A DNA stretch of 64,000 nucleotides. Origin: Auanema rhodensis. Lineage: Eukaryota > Animalia > Nematoda. Of the stretch, positions 39,601 to 54,000 are shown piece by piece. The notes beneath the pieces were generated by a model. The model was not told the origin of the DNA. It made no database searches and saw only the letters and a program-made list of their open reading frames with translations. The stretch is from positions 22,196,001 through 22,260,000 of the forward strand of contig OZ059897.1 in NCBI GenBank assembly GCA_964057225.1, read 5' to 3'. The translations under genes and the position numbers were made by a program. Each line of letters starts with the position of its first letter. Within the stretch, counting starts at the first letter, position 1.

Positions 39601-42600
39601 GTTCATGGTAACCATGACTTTGAATTTTACGTGAACTTTAATTTATGCTAATTAAATGTACACGTGATGTGCACTTGGTATGTAACTCGCTTCACGTGAA
39701 AGATAAAGAGATGCGGTTTTCAAAATTAGATTCCCCATGTCCATATTAGTCTAAAAACAAATTTTTATTAATATTGGTTCATGGTAACCATGACTTTGAA
39801 ATTTACGTGAACTTTAATTTATGCTAATTAAATGTACACGTGATGTGCACTTGGTATGTAACTCGCTTCACGTGAAAGATAAAGAGATGCGGTTGTCAAA
39901 ATTAGATCCCCCATGTCCATATTAGTCTAAAAACAAATTTTTATTGATATTGGTGCATGGTAACCATGACTTTGAAATTTACGTGAACTTTAATTTATGC
40001 TAATTAAATGTACACGTGATGTGCACTTGGTATGTAACTCGCTTCACGTGAAAGATAAAGAGATGCGGTTTTCAAAATTAGATTCCCCATGTCCATATTA
40101 GTCTAAAAACAAATTTTTATTGATATTGCTTCATGGTAACCATGACTTTGAAATTTACGTGAACTTTAATTTATGCTAATTAAATATACACGTGATGTGC
40201 ACTTGGTATGTAACTCGCTTCACGTGAAAGATAAAGAGATGCGGTTTTCAAAATTAGATTTCCCATGTCCATATTAGTCTAAAAACAAATTTTTATTGAT
40301 ATTGGTTCATGGTAACCATGACTTTGAAATTTACGTGAACTTTAATTTATGCTAATTAAATGTACACGTGATGTGCACTTGGTATGTAACTCGCTTCACG
40401 TGAAAGATAAAGAGATGCGGTTTTCAAAATTAGATTCCCCATGTCCATATTAGTCTAAAAACAAATTTTTATTGATATTGGTTCATGGTAACCATGACTT
40501 TGAAATTTACGTGAACTTTAATTTATGCTAATTAAATGTACACGTAATGTGCACTTGGTATATAACTCGCTTCACGTGAAAGATAAAGAGATGCGGTTTT
40601 CAAAATTAGATTCCCCATGTCCATATTAGTCTAAAAACAAATTTTTATTGATATTGGTTCATGGTAACCATGACTTTGAAATTTACGTGAACTTTAATTT
40701 ATGCTAATTGAATGTACACGTGATGTGCACTTGGTATGTAACTCGCTTCACGTGAAAGATAAAGAGATGCGGTTTTCAAAATTAGATTCCCCATGTCCAT
40801 ATTAGTCTAAAAACAAATTTTTATTGATATTGGTTCATGGTAACCATGACTTTGAAATTTACGTGAACTTTAATTTATGCTAATTAAATGTACACGTGAT
40901 GTGCACTTGGTATGTAACTCGCTTCACGTGAAAGATAAAGAGATGCGGTTTTCAAAATTAGATTCCCCATGTCCATATTAGTCTAAACACAAATTTTTAT
41001 TGATATTGGTTCATGGTAACCATGACTTTGAAATTTACGTGAACTTTAATTTATGCTAATTAAATGTACACGTGATGTGCACTTGGTATGTAACTCGCTT
41101 CACGTGAAAGATAAAGAGATGCGGTTTTCAAAATTAGATTCCCCATGTCCATATTAGTCTAAAAACAAATTTTTATTGATATTGCTTCATGGTAACCATG
41201 ACTTTGAAATTTACGTGAACTTTAATTTATGCTAATTAAATGTACACGTGATGTGCACTTGGTATGTAACTCGCTTCACGTGAAAGATAAAGAGATGCGG
41301 TTTTCAAAATTAGATTTCCCATGTCCATATTAGTCTAAAAACAAATTTTTATTGATATTGGTTCATGGTAACCATGACTTTGAAATTTACGTGAACTTTA
41401 ATTTATGCTAATTAAATGTACACGTGATGTGCACTTGGTTTGTAACTCGCTTCACGTGAAAGATAAAGAGATGCGGTTTTCAAAATTAGATTCCCCATGT
41501 CCATATTAGTCTAAAAACAAATTTTTATTGATATTGCTTCATGGTAACCATGACTTTGAAATTTACGTGAACTTTAATTTATGCTAATTAAATGTACACG
41601 TGATGTGCACTTGGTATGTAACTCGCTTCACGTGAAAGATAAAGAGATGCGGTTTTCAAAATTAGATTCCCCATGTCCATATTAGTCTAAAAACAAATTT
41701 TTATTGATATTGCTTCATGGTAACCATGACTTTGAAATTTACGTGAACTTTAATTTATGCTAATTAAATGTACACGTGATGTGCACTTGGTATGTAACTC
41801 GCTTCACGTGAAAGATAAAGAGATGCGGTTTTCAAAATTAGATTTCCCATGTCCATATTAGTCTAAAAACAAATTTTTATTGATATTGGTTCATGGTAAC
41901 CATGACTTTGAAATTTACGTGAACTTTAATTTATGCTAATTAAATGTACACGTGATGTGCACTTGGTATGTAACTCGCTTCACGTGAAAGATAAAGAGAT
42001 GCGGTTTTCAAAATTAGATTCCCCATGTCCATATTAGTCTAAAAACAAATTTTTATTGATATTGGTTCATGGTAACCATGACTTTGAAATTTACGTGAAC
42101 TTTAATTTATGCTAATTAAATGTACACGTGATGTGCACTTGGTATGTAACTCGCTTCACGTGAAAGATAAAGAGATGCGGTTTTCAAAATTAGATTCCCC
42201 ATGTCCATATTAGTCTAAACACAAATTTTTATTGATATTGCTTCATGGTAACCATGACTTTGAAATTTACGTGAACTTTAATTTATGCTAATTAAATGTA
42301 CACGTGATGTGCACTTGGTATGTAACTCGCTTCACGTGAAAGATAAAGAGATGCGGTTTTCAAAATTAGATTTCCCATGTCCATATTAGTCTAAAGACAA
42401 ATTTTTATTGATATTGGTTCATGGTAACCATGACTTTGAAATTTACGTGAACTTTAATTTATGCTAATTAAATGTACACGTGATGTGCACTTGGTATGTA
42501 ACTCGCTTCACGTGAAAGATAAAGAGATGCGGTTTTCAAAATTAGATTCCCCATGTCCATATTAGTCTAAAAACAAATTTGTATTGATATTGGTGCATGG

Positions 42601-42988
42601 TAACCATGACTTTGAAATTTACGTGAACTTTAATTTATGCTAATTAAATGTACACGTGATGTGCACTTGGTATGTAACTCGCTTCACGTGAAAGATAAAG
42701 AGATGCGGTTTTCAAAATTAGATTCCCCATGTCCATATTAGTCTAAAAACAAATTTTTATTGATATTGGTTCATGGTAACCATGACTTTGAAATTTACGT
42801 GAACTTTAATTTATGCTAATTAAATGTACACGTGATTTGCACTTGGTATGTAACTCGCTTCACGTGAAAGATAAAGAGATGCGGTTTTCAAAATTAGATT
42901 CCCCATGTCCATATTAGTCTAAAAACAAATTTTTATTGATATTGGTTCATGGTAACCATGACTTTGAAATTTACGTGAACTTTAATTT

Positions 42989-45900
42989 ATGCTAATTAAA
43001 TGTACACGTGATGTGCACTTGGTATGTAACTCGCTTCACGTGAAAGATAAAGAGATGCGGTTTTCAAAATTAGATTCCCCATGTCCATATTAGTCTAAAA
43101 ACAAATTTTTATTGATATTGGTTCATGGTAACCATGACTTTGAAATTTACGTGAACTTTAATTTATGCTAATTAAATGTACACGTGATGTGCACTTGGTA
43201 TGTAACTCGCTTCACGTGAAAGATAAAGAGATGCGGTTTTCAAAATTAGATTCCCCATGTCCATATTAGTCTAAAAACAAATTTTTATTGATATTGGTGC
43301 ATGGTAACCATGACTTTGAAATTTACGTGAACTTTAATTTATGCTAATTAAATGTACACGTGATGTGCACTTGGTATGTAACTCGCTTCACGTGAAAGAT
43401 AAAGAGATGCGGTTTTCAAAATTAGATTCCCCATGTCCATATTAGTCTAAAAACAAATTTTTATTGATATTGGTTCATGGTAACCATGACTTTGAAATTT
43501 ACGTGAACTTTAAATTATGCTAATTAAATGTACACGTGATGTGCACTTGGTATGTAACTCGCTTCACGTGAAAGATAAAGAGATGCGGTTTTCAAAATTA
43601 GATTCCCCATGTCCATATTAGTCTAAAAACAAATTTTTATTGATATTGGTTCATGGTAACCATGACTTTGAAATTTACGTGAACTTTAATTTATGCTAAT
43701 TAAATGTACACGTGATGTGCACTTGGTATGTAACTCGCTTCACGTGGAAGATAAAGAGATGCGGTTTTCAAAATTAGATTCCTCATGTCCATATTAGTCT
43801 AAAAACAAATTTTTATTGATATTGGTGCATGGTAACCATGACTTTGAAATTTACGTGAACTTTAATTTATGCTAATTAAATGTACACGTGATGTGCACTT
43901 GGTATGTAACTCGCTTCACGTGAAAGATAAAGAGATGCGGTTTTCAAAATTAGATTCCCCATGTCCATATTAGTCTAAAAACAAATTTTTATTGATATTG
44001 GTGCATGGTAACCATGACTTTGAAATTTACGTGAACTTTAATTTATGCTAATTAAATGTACACGTGATGTGCACTTGGTATGTAACTCGCTTCACGTGAA
44101 AGATGAAGAGATGCTGTTTTCAAAATTAGATTCCCCATGTCCATATTAGTCTAAAAACAAAATTTTATTGATATTGGTGCATGGTAACCATGACTTTGAA
44201 ATTTACGTGAACTTTAATTTATGCTAATTAAATGTACACGTGATGTGCACTTGGTATGTAACTCGCTTCACGTGAAAGATAAAGAGATGCGGTTTTCAAA
44301 ATTAGATTCCCCATGTCCATATTAGTCTAAAAACAAATTTTTATTGATATTGGTGCATGGTAACCATGACTTTGAAATTTACGTGAACTTTAATTTATGC
44401 TAATTAAATGTACACGTGATGTGCACTTGGTATGTAACTCGCTTCACGTGAAAGATAAAGAGATGCGGTTTTCAAAATTAGATTCCCCATGTCCATATTA
44501 GTCTAAAAACAAATTTTTATTGATATTGGTTCATGGTAACCATGACTTTGAAATTTACGTGAACTTTAATTTATGCTAATTAAATGTACACGTGATGTGC
44601 ACTTGGTATGTAACTCGCTTCACGTGAAAGATAAAGAGATGCGGTTTTCAAAATTAGATTCCCCATGTCCATATTAGTCTAAAAACAAATTTTTATTGAT
44701 ATTGGTTCATGGTAACCATGACTTTGAAATTTACGTGAACTTTAATTTATGCTAATTAAATGTACACGTGATGTGCACTTGGTATGTAACTCGCTTCACG
44801 TGAAAGATAAAGAGATGCGGTTTTCAAAATTAGATTCCCCATGTCCATATTAGTCTAAAAACAAATTTTTATTGATATTGGTTCATGGTAACCATGACTT
44901 TGAAATTTACGTGAACTTTAATTTATGCTAATTAAATGTACACGTGATGTGCACTTGGTATGTAACTCGCTTCACGTGAAAGATAAAGAGATGCGGTTTT
45001 CAAAATTAGATTCCCCATGTCCATATTAGTCTAAAAACAAATTTTTATTGATATTGGTGCATGGTAACCATGACTTTGAAATTTACGTGAACTTTAATTT
45101 ATGCTAATTAAATGTACACGTGATGTGCACTTGGTATGTAACTCGCTTCACGTGAAAGATAAAGAGATGCGGTTTTCAAAATTAGATTCCCCATGTCCAT
45201 ATTAGTCTAAAAACAAATTTTTATTGATATTGGTTCATGGTAACCATGACTTTGAAATTTACGTGAACTTTAAATTATGCTAATTAAATGTACACGTGAT
45301 GTGCACTTGGTATGTAACTCGCTTCACGTGAAAGATAAAGAGATGCGGTTTTCAAAATTAGATTCCCCATGTCCATATTAGTCTAAAAACAAATTTTTAT
45401 TGATATTGGTTCATGGTAACCATGACTTTGAAATTTACGTGAACTTTAATTTATGCTAATTAAATGTACACGTGATGTGCACTTGGTATGTAACTCGCTT
45501 CACGTGGAAGATAAAGAGATGCGGTTTTCAAAATTAGATTCCCCATGTCCATATTAGTCTAAAAACAAATTTTTATTGATATTGGTGCATGGTAACCATG
45601 ACTTTGAAATTTACGTGAACTTTAATTTATGCTAATTAAATGTACACGTGATGTGCACTTGGTATGTAACTCGCTTCACGTGAAAGATAAAGAGATGCGG
45701 TTTTCAAAATTAGATTCCCCATGTCCATATTAGTCTAAAAACAAATTTTTATTGATATTGGTGCATGGTAACCATGACTTTGAAATTTACGTGAACTTTA
45801 ATTTATGCTAATTAAATGTACACGTGATGTGCACTTGGTATGTAACTCGCTTCACGTGAAAGATGAAGAGATGCTGTTTTCAAAATTAGATTCCCCATGT

Positions 45901-46100
45901 CCATATTAGTCTAAAAACAAAATTTTATTGATATTGGTGCATGGTAACCATGACTTTGAAATTTACGTGAACTTTAATTTATGCTAATTAAATGTACACG
46001 TGATGTGCACTTGGTATGTAACTCGCTTCACGTGAAAGATAAAGAGATGCGGTTTTCAAAATTAGATTCCCCATGTCCATATTAGTCTAAAAACAAATTT
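42989..46100. repeat. 10-monomer (1760-bp) duplication
   Basis: taaattatgc (43514/45274), cacgtgga (43747/45507) and gaag+gctg+aaaatttt monomers (44045/45805). Ends are approximate. Confidence 0.78.
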
Positions 46101-49100
46101 TTATTGATATTGCTTCATGGTAACCATGACTTTGAAATTTACGTGAACTTTAATTTATGCTAATTAAATGTACACGTGATGTGCACTTGGTATGTAACTC
46201 GCTTCACGTGAAAGATAAAGAGATGCGGTTTTCAAAATTAGATTTCCCATGTCCATATTAGTCTAAAAACAAATTTTTATTGATATTGGTTCATGGTAAC
46301 CATGACTTTGAAATTTACGTGAACTTTAATTTATGCTAATTAAATGTACACGTGATGTGCACTTGGTATGTAACTCGCTTCACGTGAAAGATAAAGAGAT
46401 GCGGTTTTCAAAATTAGATTCCCCATGTCCATATTAGTCTAAAAACAAATTTTTATTGATATTGGTTCATGGTAACCATGACTTTGAAATTTACGTGAAC
46501 TTTAATTTATGCTAATTAAATGTACACGTGATGTGCACTTGGTATGTAACTCGCTTCACGTGAAAGATAAAGAGATGCGGTTTTCAAAATTAGATTCCCC
46601 ATGTCCATATTAGTCTAAAAACAAATTTTTATTGATATTGGTGCATGGTAACCATGACTTTGAAATTTACGTGAACTTTAATTTATGCTAATTAAATGTA
46701 CACGTGATGTGCACTTGGTATGTAACTCGCTTCACGTGAAAGATAAAGAGATGCGGTTTTCAAAATTAGATTCCCCATGTCCATATTAGTCTAAAAACAA
46801 ATTTTTATTGATATTGGTTCATGGTAACCATGACTTTGAAATTTACGTGAACTTTAATTTATGCTAATTAAATGTACACGTGATGTGCACTTGGTATGTA
46901 ACTCGCTTCACGTGAAAGATAAAGAGATGCGGTTTTCAAAATTAGATTTCCCATGTCCATATTAGTCTAAAAACAAATTTTTATTGATATTGGTTCATGG
47001 TAACCATGACTTTGAAATTTACGTGAACTTTAATTTATGCTAATTAAATGTACACGTGATGTGCACTTGGTATGTAACTCGCTTCACGTGAAAGATAAAG
47101 AGATGCGGTTTTCAAAATTAGATTCCCCATGTCCATATTAGTCTAAAAACAAATTTTTATTGATATTGGTGCATGGTAACCATGACTTTGAAATTTACGT
47201 GAACTTTAATTTATGCTAATTAAATGTACACGTGATGTGCACTTGGTATGTAACTCGCTTCACGTGAAAGATAAAGAGATGCGGTTTCCAAAATTAGATT
47301 CCCCATGTCCATATTAGTTTAAAAACAAATTTTTATTGATATTGGTTCATGGTAACCATGACTTTGAAATTTACGTGAACTTTAATTTATGCTAATTAAA
47401 TGTACACGTGATGTGCACTTGGTATGTAACTCGCTTCACGTGAAAGATAAAGAGATGCGGTTTTCAAAATTAGATTCCCCATGTCCATATTAGTCTAAAA
47501 ACAAATTTTTATTGATATTGCTTCATGGTAACCATGACTTTGAAATTTACGTGAACTTTAATTTATGCTAATTAAATGTACACGTGATGTGCACTTGGTA
47601 TGTAACTCGCTTCACGTGAAAGATAAAGAGATGCGGTTTTCAAAATTAGATTCCCCATGTCCATATTAGTCTAAAAACAAATTTTTATTGATATTGGTTC
47701 ATGGTAACCATGACTTTGAAATTTACGTGAACTTTAATTTATGCTAATTAAATGTACACGTGATGTGCACTTGGTATGTAACTCGCTTCACGTGAAAGAT
47801 AAAGAGATGCGGTTTTCAAAATTAGATTCCCCATGTCCATATTAGTCTAAAAACAAATTTTTATTGATATTGGTTCATGGTAACCATGACTTTGAAATTT
47901 ACGTGAACTTTAATTTATGCTAATTAAATGTACACGTGATGTGCACTTGGTATGTAACTCGCTTCACGTGGAAGATAAAGAGATGCGGTTTTCAAAATTA
48001 GATTCCCCATGTCCATATTAGTCTAAAAACAAATTTTTATTGATATTGGTGCATGGTAACCATGACTTTGAAATTTACGTGAACTTTAATTTATGCTAAT
48101 TAAATGTACACGTGATGTGCACTTGGTATGTAACTCGCTTCACGTGAAAGATAAAGAGATGCGGTTTTCAAAATTAGATTCCCCATGTCCATATTAGTCT
48201 AAAAACAAATTTTTATTGATATTGGTGCATGGTAACCATGACTTTGAAATTTACGTGAACTTTAATTTATGCTAATTAAATGTACACGTGATGTGCACTT
48301 GGTATGTAACTCGCTTCACGTGAAAGATGAAGAGATGCTGTTTTCAAAATTAGATTCCCCATGTCCATATTAGTCTAAAAACAAAATTTTATTGATATTG
48401 GTGCATGGTAACCATGACTTTGAAATTTACGTGAACTTTAATTCATGCTAATTAAATGTACACGTGATGTGCACTTGTTATGTAACTCGCTTCACGTGAA
48501 AGATAAAGAGATGCGGTTTTCAAAATTAGATTCCCCATGTCCATATTAGTCTAAAAACAAATTTTCATTGATATTGGTTCATGGTAACCATGACTTTGAA
48601 ATTTACGTGAACTTTAATTTATGCTAATTAAATGTACACGTGATGTGCACTTGGTATGTAACTCGCTTCACGTGAAAGATAAAGAGATGCGGTTTTCAAA
48701 ATTAGATTCCCCATGTCCATATTAGTCTAAAAACAAATTTTTATTGATATTGCTTCATGGTAACCATGACTTTGAAATTTACGTGAACTTTAATTTATGC
48801 TAATTAAATGTACACGTGATGTGCACTTGGTATGTAACTCGCTTCACGTGAAAGATAAAGAGATGCGGTTTTCACAATTAGATTCCCCATGTCCATATTA
48901 GTCTAAAAACAAATTTTTATTGATATTGCTTCATGGTAACCATGACTTTGAAATTTACGTGAACTTTAATTTATGCTAATTAAATGTACACGTGATGTGC
49001 ACTTGGTATGTAACTCGCTTCACGTGAAAGATAAAGAGATGCGGTTTTCAAAATTAGATTCCCCATGTCCATATTAGTCTAAAAACAAATTTTTATTGAT

Positions 49101-49959
49101 ATTGGTTCATGGTAACCATGACTTTGAAATTTACGTGAACTTTAATTTATGCTAATTAAATGTACACGTGATGTGCACTTGGTATGTAACTCGCTTCACG
49201 TGAAAGATAAAGAGATGCGGTTTTCAAAATTAGATTTCCCATGTCCATATTAGTCTAAAAACAAATTTTTATTGATATTGGTTCATGGTAACCATGACTT
49301 TGAAATTTACGTGAACTTTAATTTATGCTAATTAAATGTACACGTGATGTGCACTTGGTATGTAACTCGCTTCACGTGAAAGATAAAGAGATGCGGTTTT
49401 CAAAATTAGATTCCCCATGTCCATATTAGTCTAAAAACAAATTTTTATTGATATTGGTTCATGGTAACCATGACTTTGAAATTTACGTGAACTTTAATTT
49501 ATGCTAATTAAATGTACACGTGATGTGCACTTGGTATGTAACTCGCTTCACGTGAAAGATAAAGAGATGCGGTTTTCAAAATTAGATTCCCCATGTCCAT
49601 ATTAGTCTAAAAACAAATTTTTATTGATATTGGTTCATGGTAACCATGACTTTGAAATTTACGTGAACTTTAATTTATGCTAATTAAATGTACACGTGAT
49701 GTGCACTTGGTATGTAACTCGCTTCACGTGGAAGATAAAGAGATGCGGTTTTCAAAATTATATTCCCCATGTCCATATTAGTCTAAAAACAAATTTTTAT
49801 TGATATTGGTGCATGGTAACCATGACTTTGAAATTTACGTGAACTTTAATTTATGCTAATTAAATGTACACGTGATGTGCACTTGGTATGTAACTCGCTT
49901 CACGTGAAAGATGAAGAGATGCTGTTTTCAAAATTAGATTCCCCATGTCCATATTAGTC

Positions 49960-52900
49960 TAAAAACAAAATTTTATTGATATTGGTGCATGGTAACCATG
50001 ACTTTGAAATTTACGTGAACTTTAATTCATGCTAATTAAATGTACACGTGATGTGCACTTGTTATGTAACTCGCTTCACGTGAAAGATAAAGAGATGCGG
50101 TTTTCAAAATTAGATTCCCCATGTCCATATTAGTCTAAAAACAAATTTTCATTGATATTGGTTCATGGTAACCATGACTTTGAAATTTACGTGAACTTTA
50201 ATTTATGCTAATTAAATGTACACGTGATGTGCACTTGGTATGTAACTCGCTTCACGTGAAAGATAAAGAGATGCGGTTTTCAAAATTAGATTCCCCATGT
50301 CCATATTAGTCTAAAAACAAATTTTAATTGATATTGGTTCATGGTAACCATGACTTTGAAATTTACGTGAACTTTAATTTATGCTAATTAAATGTACACG
50401 TGATGTGCACTTGGTATGTAACTCGCTTCACGTGAAAGATAAAGAGATGCGGTTTTCAAAATTAGATCCCCCATGTCCATATTAGTCTAAAAACAAATTT
50501 TTGTTGATATTGGTGCATGGTAACCATGACTTTGAAATTTACGTGAACTTTAATTTATGCTAATTAAATGTACACGTGATGTGCACTTGGTATGTAACTC
50601 GCTTCACGTGAAAGATAAAGAGATGCGGTTTTCAAAATTAGATTCCCCATGTCCATATTAGTCTAAAAACAAAATTTTATTGATATTGGTGCATGGTAAC
50701 CATGACTTTGAAATTTACGTGAACTTTAATTCATGCTAATTAAATGTACACGTGATGTGCACTTGTTATGTAACTCGCTTCACGTGAAAGATAAAGAGAT
50801 GCGGTTTTCAAAATTAGATTCCCCATGTCCATATTAGTCTAAAAACAAATTTTCATTGATATTGGTTCATGGTAACCATGACTTTGAAATTTACGTGAAC
50901 TTTAATTTATGCTAATTAAATGTACACGTGATGTGCACTTGGTATGTAACTCGCTTCACGTGAAAGATAAAGAGATGCGGTTTTCAAAATTAGATTCCCC
51001 ATGTCCATATTAGTCTAAAAACAAATTTTAATTGATATTGGTTCATGGTAACCATGACTTTGAAATTTACGTGAACTTTAATTTATGCTAATTAAATGTA
51101 CACGTGATGTGCACTTGGTATGTAACTCGCTTCACGTGAAAGATAAAGAGATGCGGTTTTCAAAATTAGATCCCCCATGTCCATATTAGTCTAAAAACAA
51201 ATTTTTGTTGATATTGGTGCATGGTAACCATGACTTTGAAATTTACGTGAACTTTAATTTATGCTAATTAAATGTACACGTGATGTGCACTTGGTATGTA
51301 ACTCGCTTCACGTGAAAGATAAAGAGATGCGGTTTTCAAAATTTGATTCCCCATGTCCATATTAGTCTAAAAACAAATTTTTATTGATATTGCTTCATGG
51401 TAACCATGACTTTGAAATTTACGTGAACTTTAATTTATGCTAATTAAATGTACACGTGATGTGCACTTGGTATGTAACTCGCTTCACGTGAAAGATAAAG
51501 AGATGCGGTTTTCAAAATTAGATTTCCCATGTCCATATTAGTCTAAAAACAAATTTTTATTGATATTGGTTCATGGTAACCATGACTTTGAAATTTACGT
51601 GAACTTTAATTTATGCTAATTAAATGTACACGTGATGTGCACTTGGTATGTAACTCGCTTCACGTGAAAGATAAAGAGATGCGGTTTTCAAAATTAGATT
51701 CCCCATGTCCATATTAGTCTAAAAACAAATTTTTATTGATATTGCTTCATGGTAACCATGACTTTGAAATTTACGTGAACTTTAATTTATGCTAATTAAA
51801 TGTACACGTGATGTGCACTTGGTATGTAACTCGCTTCACGTGAAAGATAAAGAGATGCGGTTTTCAAAATTAGATTCCCCATGTCCATATTAGTCTAAAA
51901 ACAAATTTTTATTGATATTGGTTCATGGTAACCATGACTTTGAAATTTACGTGAACTTTAATTTATGCTAATTAAATGTACACGTGATGTGCACTTGGTA
52001 TGTAACTCGCTTCACGTGAAAGATAAAGAGATGCGGTTTTCAAAATTAGATTTCCCATGTCCATATTAGTCTAAAAACAAATTTTTATTGATATTGGTTC
52101 ATGGTAACCATGACTTTGAAATTTACGTGAACTTTAATTTATGCTAATTAAATGTACACGTGATGTGCACTTGGTATGTAACTCGCTTCACGTGAAAGAT
52201 AAAGAGATGCGGTTTTCAAAATTAGATTCCCCATGTCCATATTAGTCTAAAAACAAATTTTTATTGATATTGGTTCATGGTAACCATGACTTTGAAATTT
52301 ACGTGAACTTTAATTTATGCTAATTAAATGTACACGTGATGTGCACTTGGTATGTAACTCGCTTCACGTGAAAGATAAAGAGATGCGGTTTTCAAAATTA
52401 GATTCCCCATGTCCATATTAGTCTAAAAACAAATTTTTATTGATATTGGTTCATGGTAACCATGACTTTGAAATTTACGTGAACTTTAATTTATGCTAAT
52501 TAAATGTACACGTGATGTGCACTTGGTATGTAACTCGCTTCACGTGGAAGATAAAGAGATGCGGTTTTCAAAATTAGATTCCCCATGTCCATATTAGTCT
52601 AAAAACAAATTTTTATTGATATTGGTGCATGGTAACCATGACTTTGAAATTTACGTGAACTTTAATTTATGCTAATTAAATGTACACGTGATGTGCACTT
52701 GGTATGTAACTCGCTTCACGTGAAAGATAAAGAGATGCGGTTTTCAAAATTAGATTCCCCATGTCCATATTAGTCTAAAAACAAATTTTTATTGATATTG
52801 GTGCATGGTAACCATGACTTTGAAATTTACGTGAACTTTAATTTATGCTAATTAAATGTACACGTGATGTGCACTTGGTATGTAACTCGCTTCACGTGAA

Positions 52901-54000
52901 AGATGAAGAGATGCTGTTTTCAAAATTAGATTCCCCATGTCCATATTAGTCTAAAAACAAAATTTTATTGATATTGGTGCATGGTAACCATGACTTTGAA
53001 ATTTACGTGAACTTTAATTCATGCTAATTAAATGTACACGTGATGTGCACTTGTTATGTAACTCGCTTCACGTGAAAGATAAAGAGATGCGGTTTTCAAA
53101 ATTAGATTCCTCATGTCCATATTAGTCTAAAAACAAATTTTCATTGATATTGGTTCATGGTAACCATGACTTTGAAATTTACGTGAACTTTAATTTATGC
53201 TAATTAAATGTACACGTGATGTGCACTTGGTATGTAACTCGCTTCACGTGAAAGATAAAGAGATGCGGTTTTCAAAATTAGATTCCCCATGTCCATATTA
53301 GTCTAAAAACAAATTTTAATTGATATTGGTTCATGGTAACCATGACTTTGAAATTTACGTGAACTTTAATTTATGCTAATTAAATGTACACGTGATGTGC
53401 ACTTGGTATGTAACTCGCTTCACGTGAAAGATAAAGAGATGCGGTTTTCAAAATTAGATCCCCCATGTCCATATTAGTCTAAAAACAAATTTTTGTTGAT
53501 ATTGGTGCATGGTAACCATGACTTTGAAATTTACGTGAACTTTAATTTATGCTAATTAAATGTACACGTGATGTGCACTTGGTATGTAACTCGCTTCACG
53601 TGAAAGATAAAGAGATGCGGTTTTCAAAATTTGATTCCCCATGTCCATATTAGTCTAAAAACAAATTTTTATTGATATTGCTTCATGGTAACCATGACTT
53701 TGAAATTTACGTGAACTTTAATTTATGCTAATTAAATGTACACGTGATGTGCACTTGGTATGTAACTCGCTTCACGTGAAAGATAAAGAGATGCGGTTTT
53801 CAAAATTAGATTTCCCATGTCCATATTAGTCTAAAAACAAATTTTTATTGATATTGGTTCATGGTAACCATGACTTTGAAATTTACGTGAACTTTAATTT
53901 ATGCTAATTAAATGTACACGTGATGTGCACTTGGTATGTAACTCGCTTCACGTGAAAGATAAAGAGATGCGGTTTTCAAAATTAGATTCCCCATGTCCAT
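49960..54000. repeat. Nested 4-mer (704-bp) and 13-mer (2288-bp) duplications
   Basis: The cttgtt marker occurs at 48478, 50062, 50766 and 53054 (9, 4 and 13 monomers apart); aatttga occurs at 51343/53631 (2288 bp). Ends are approximate. Confidence 0.72.
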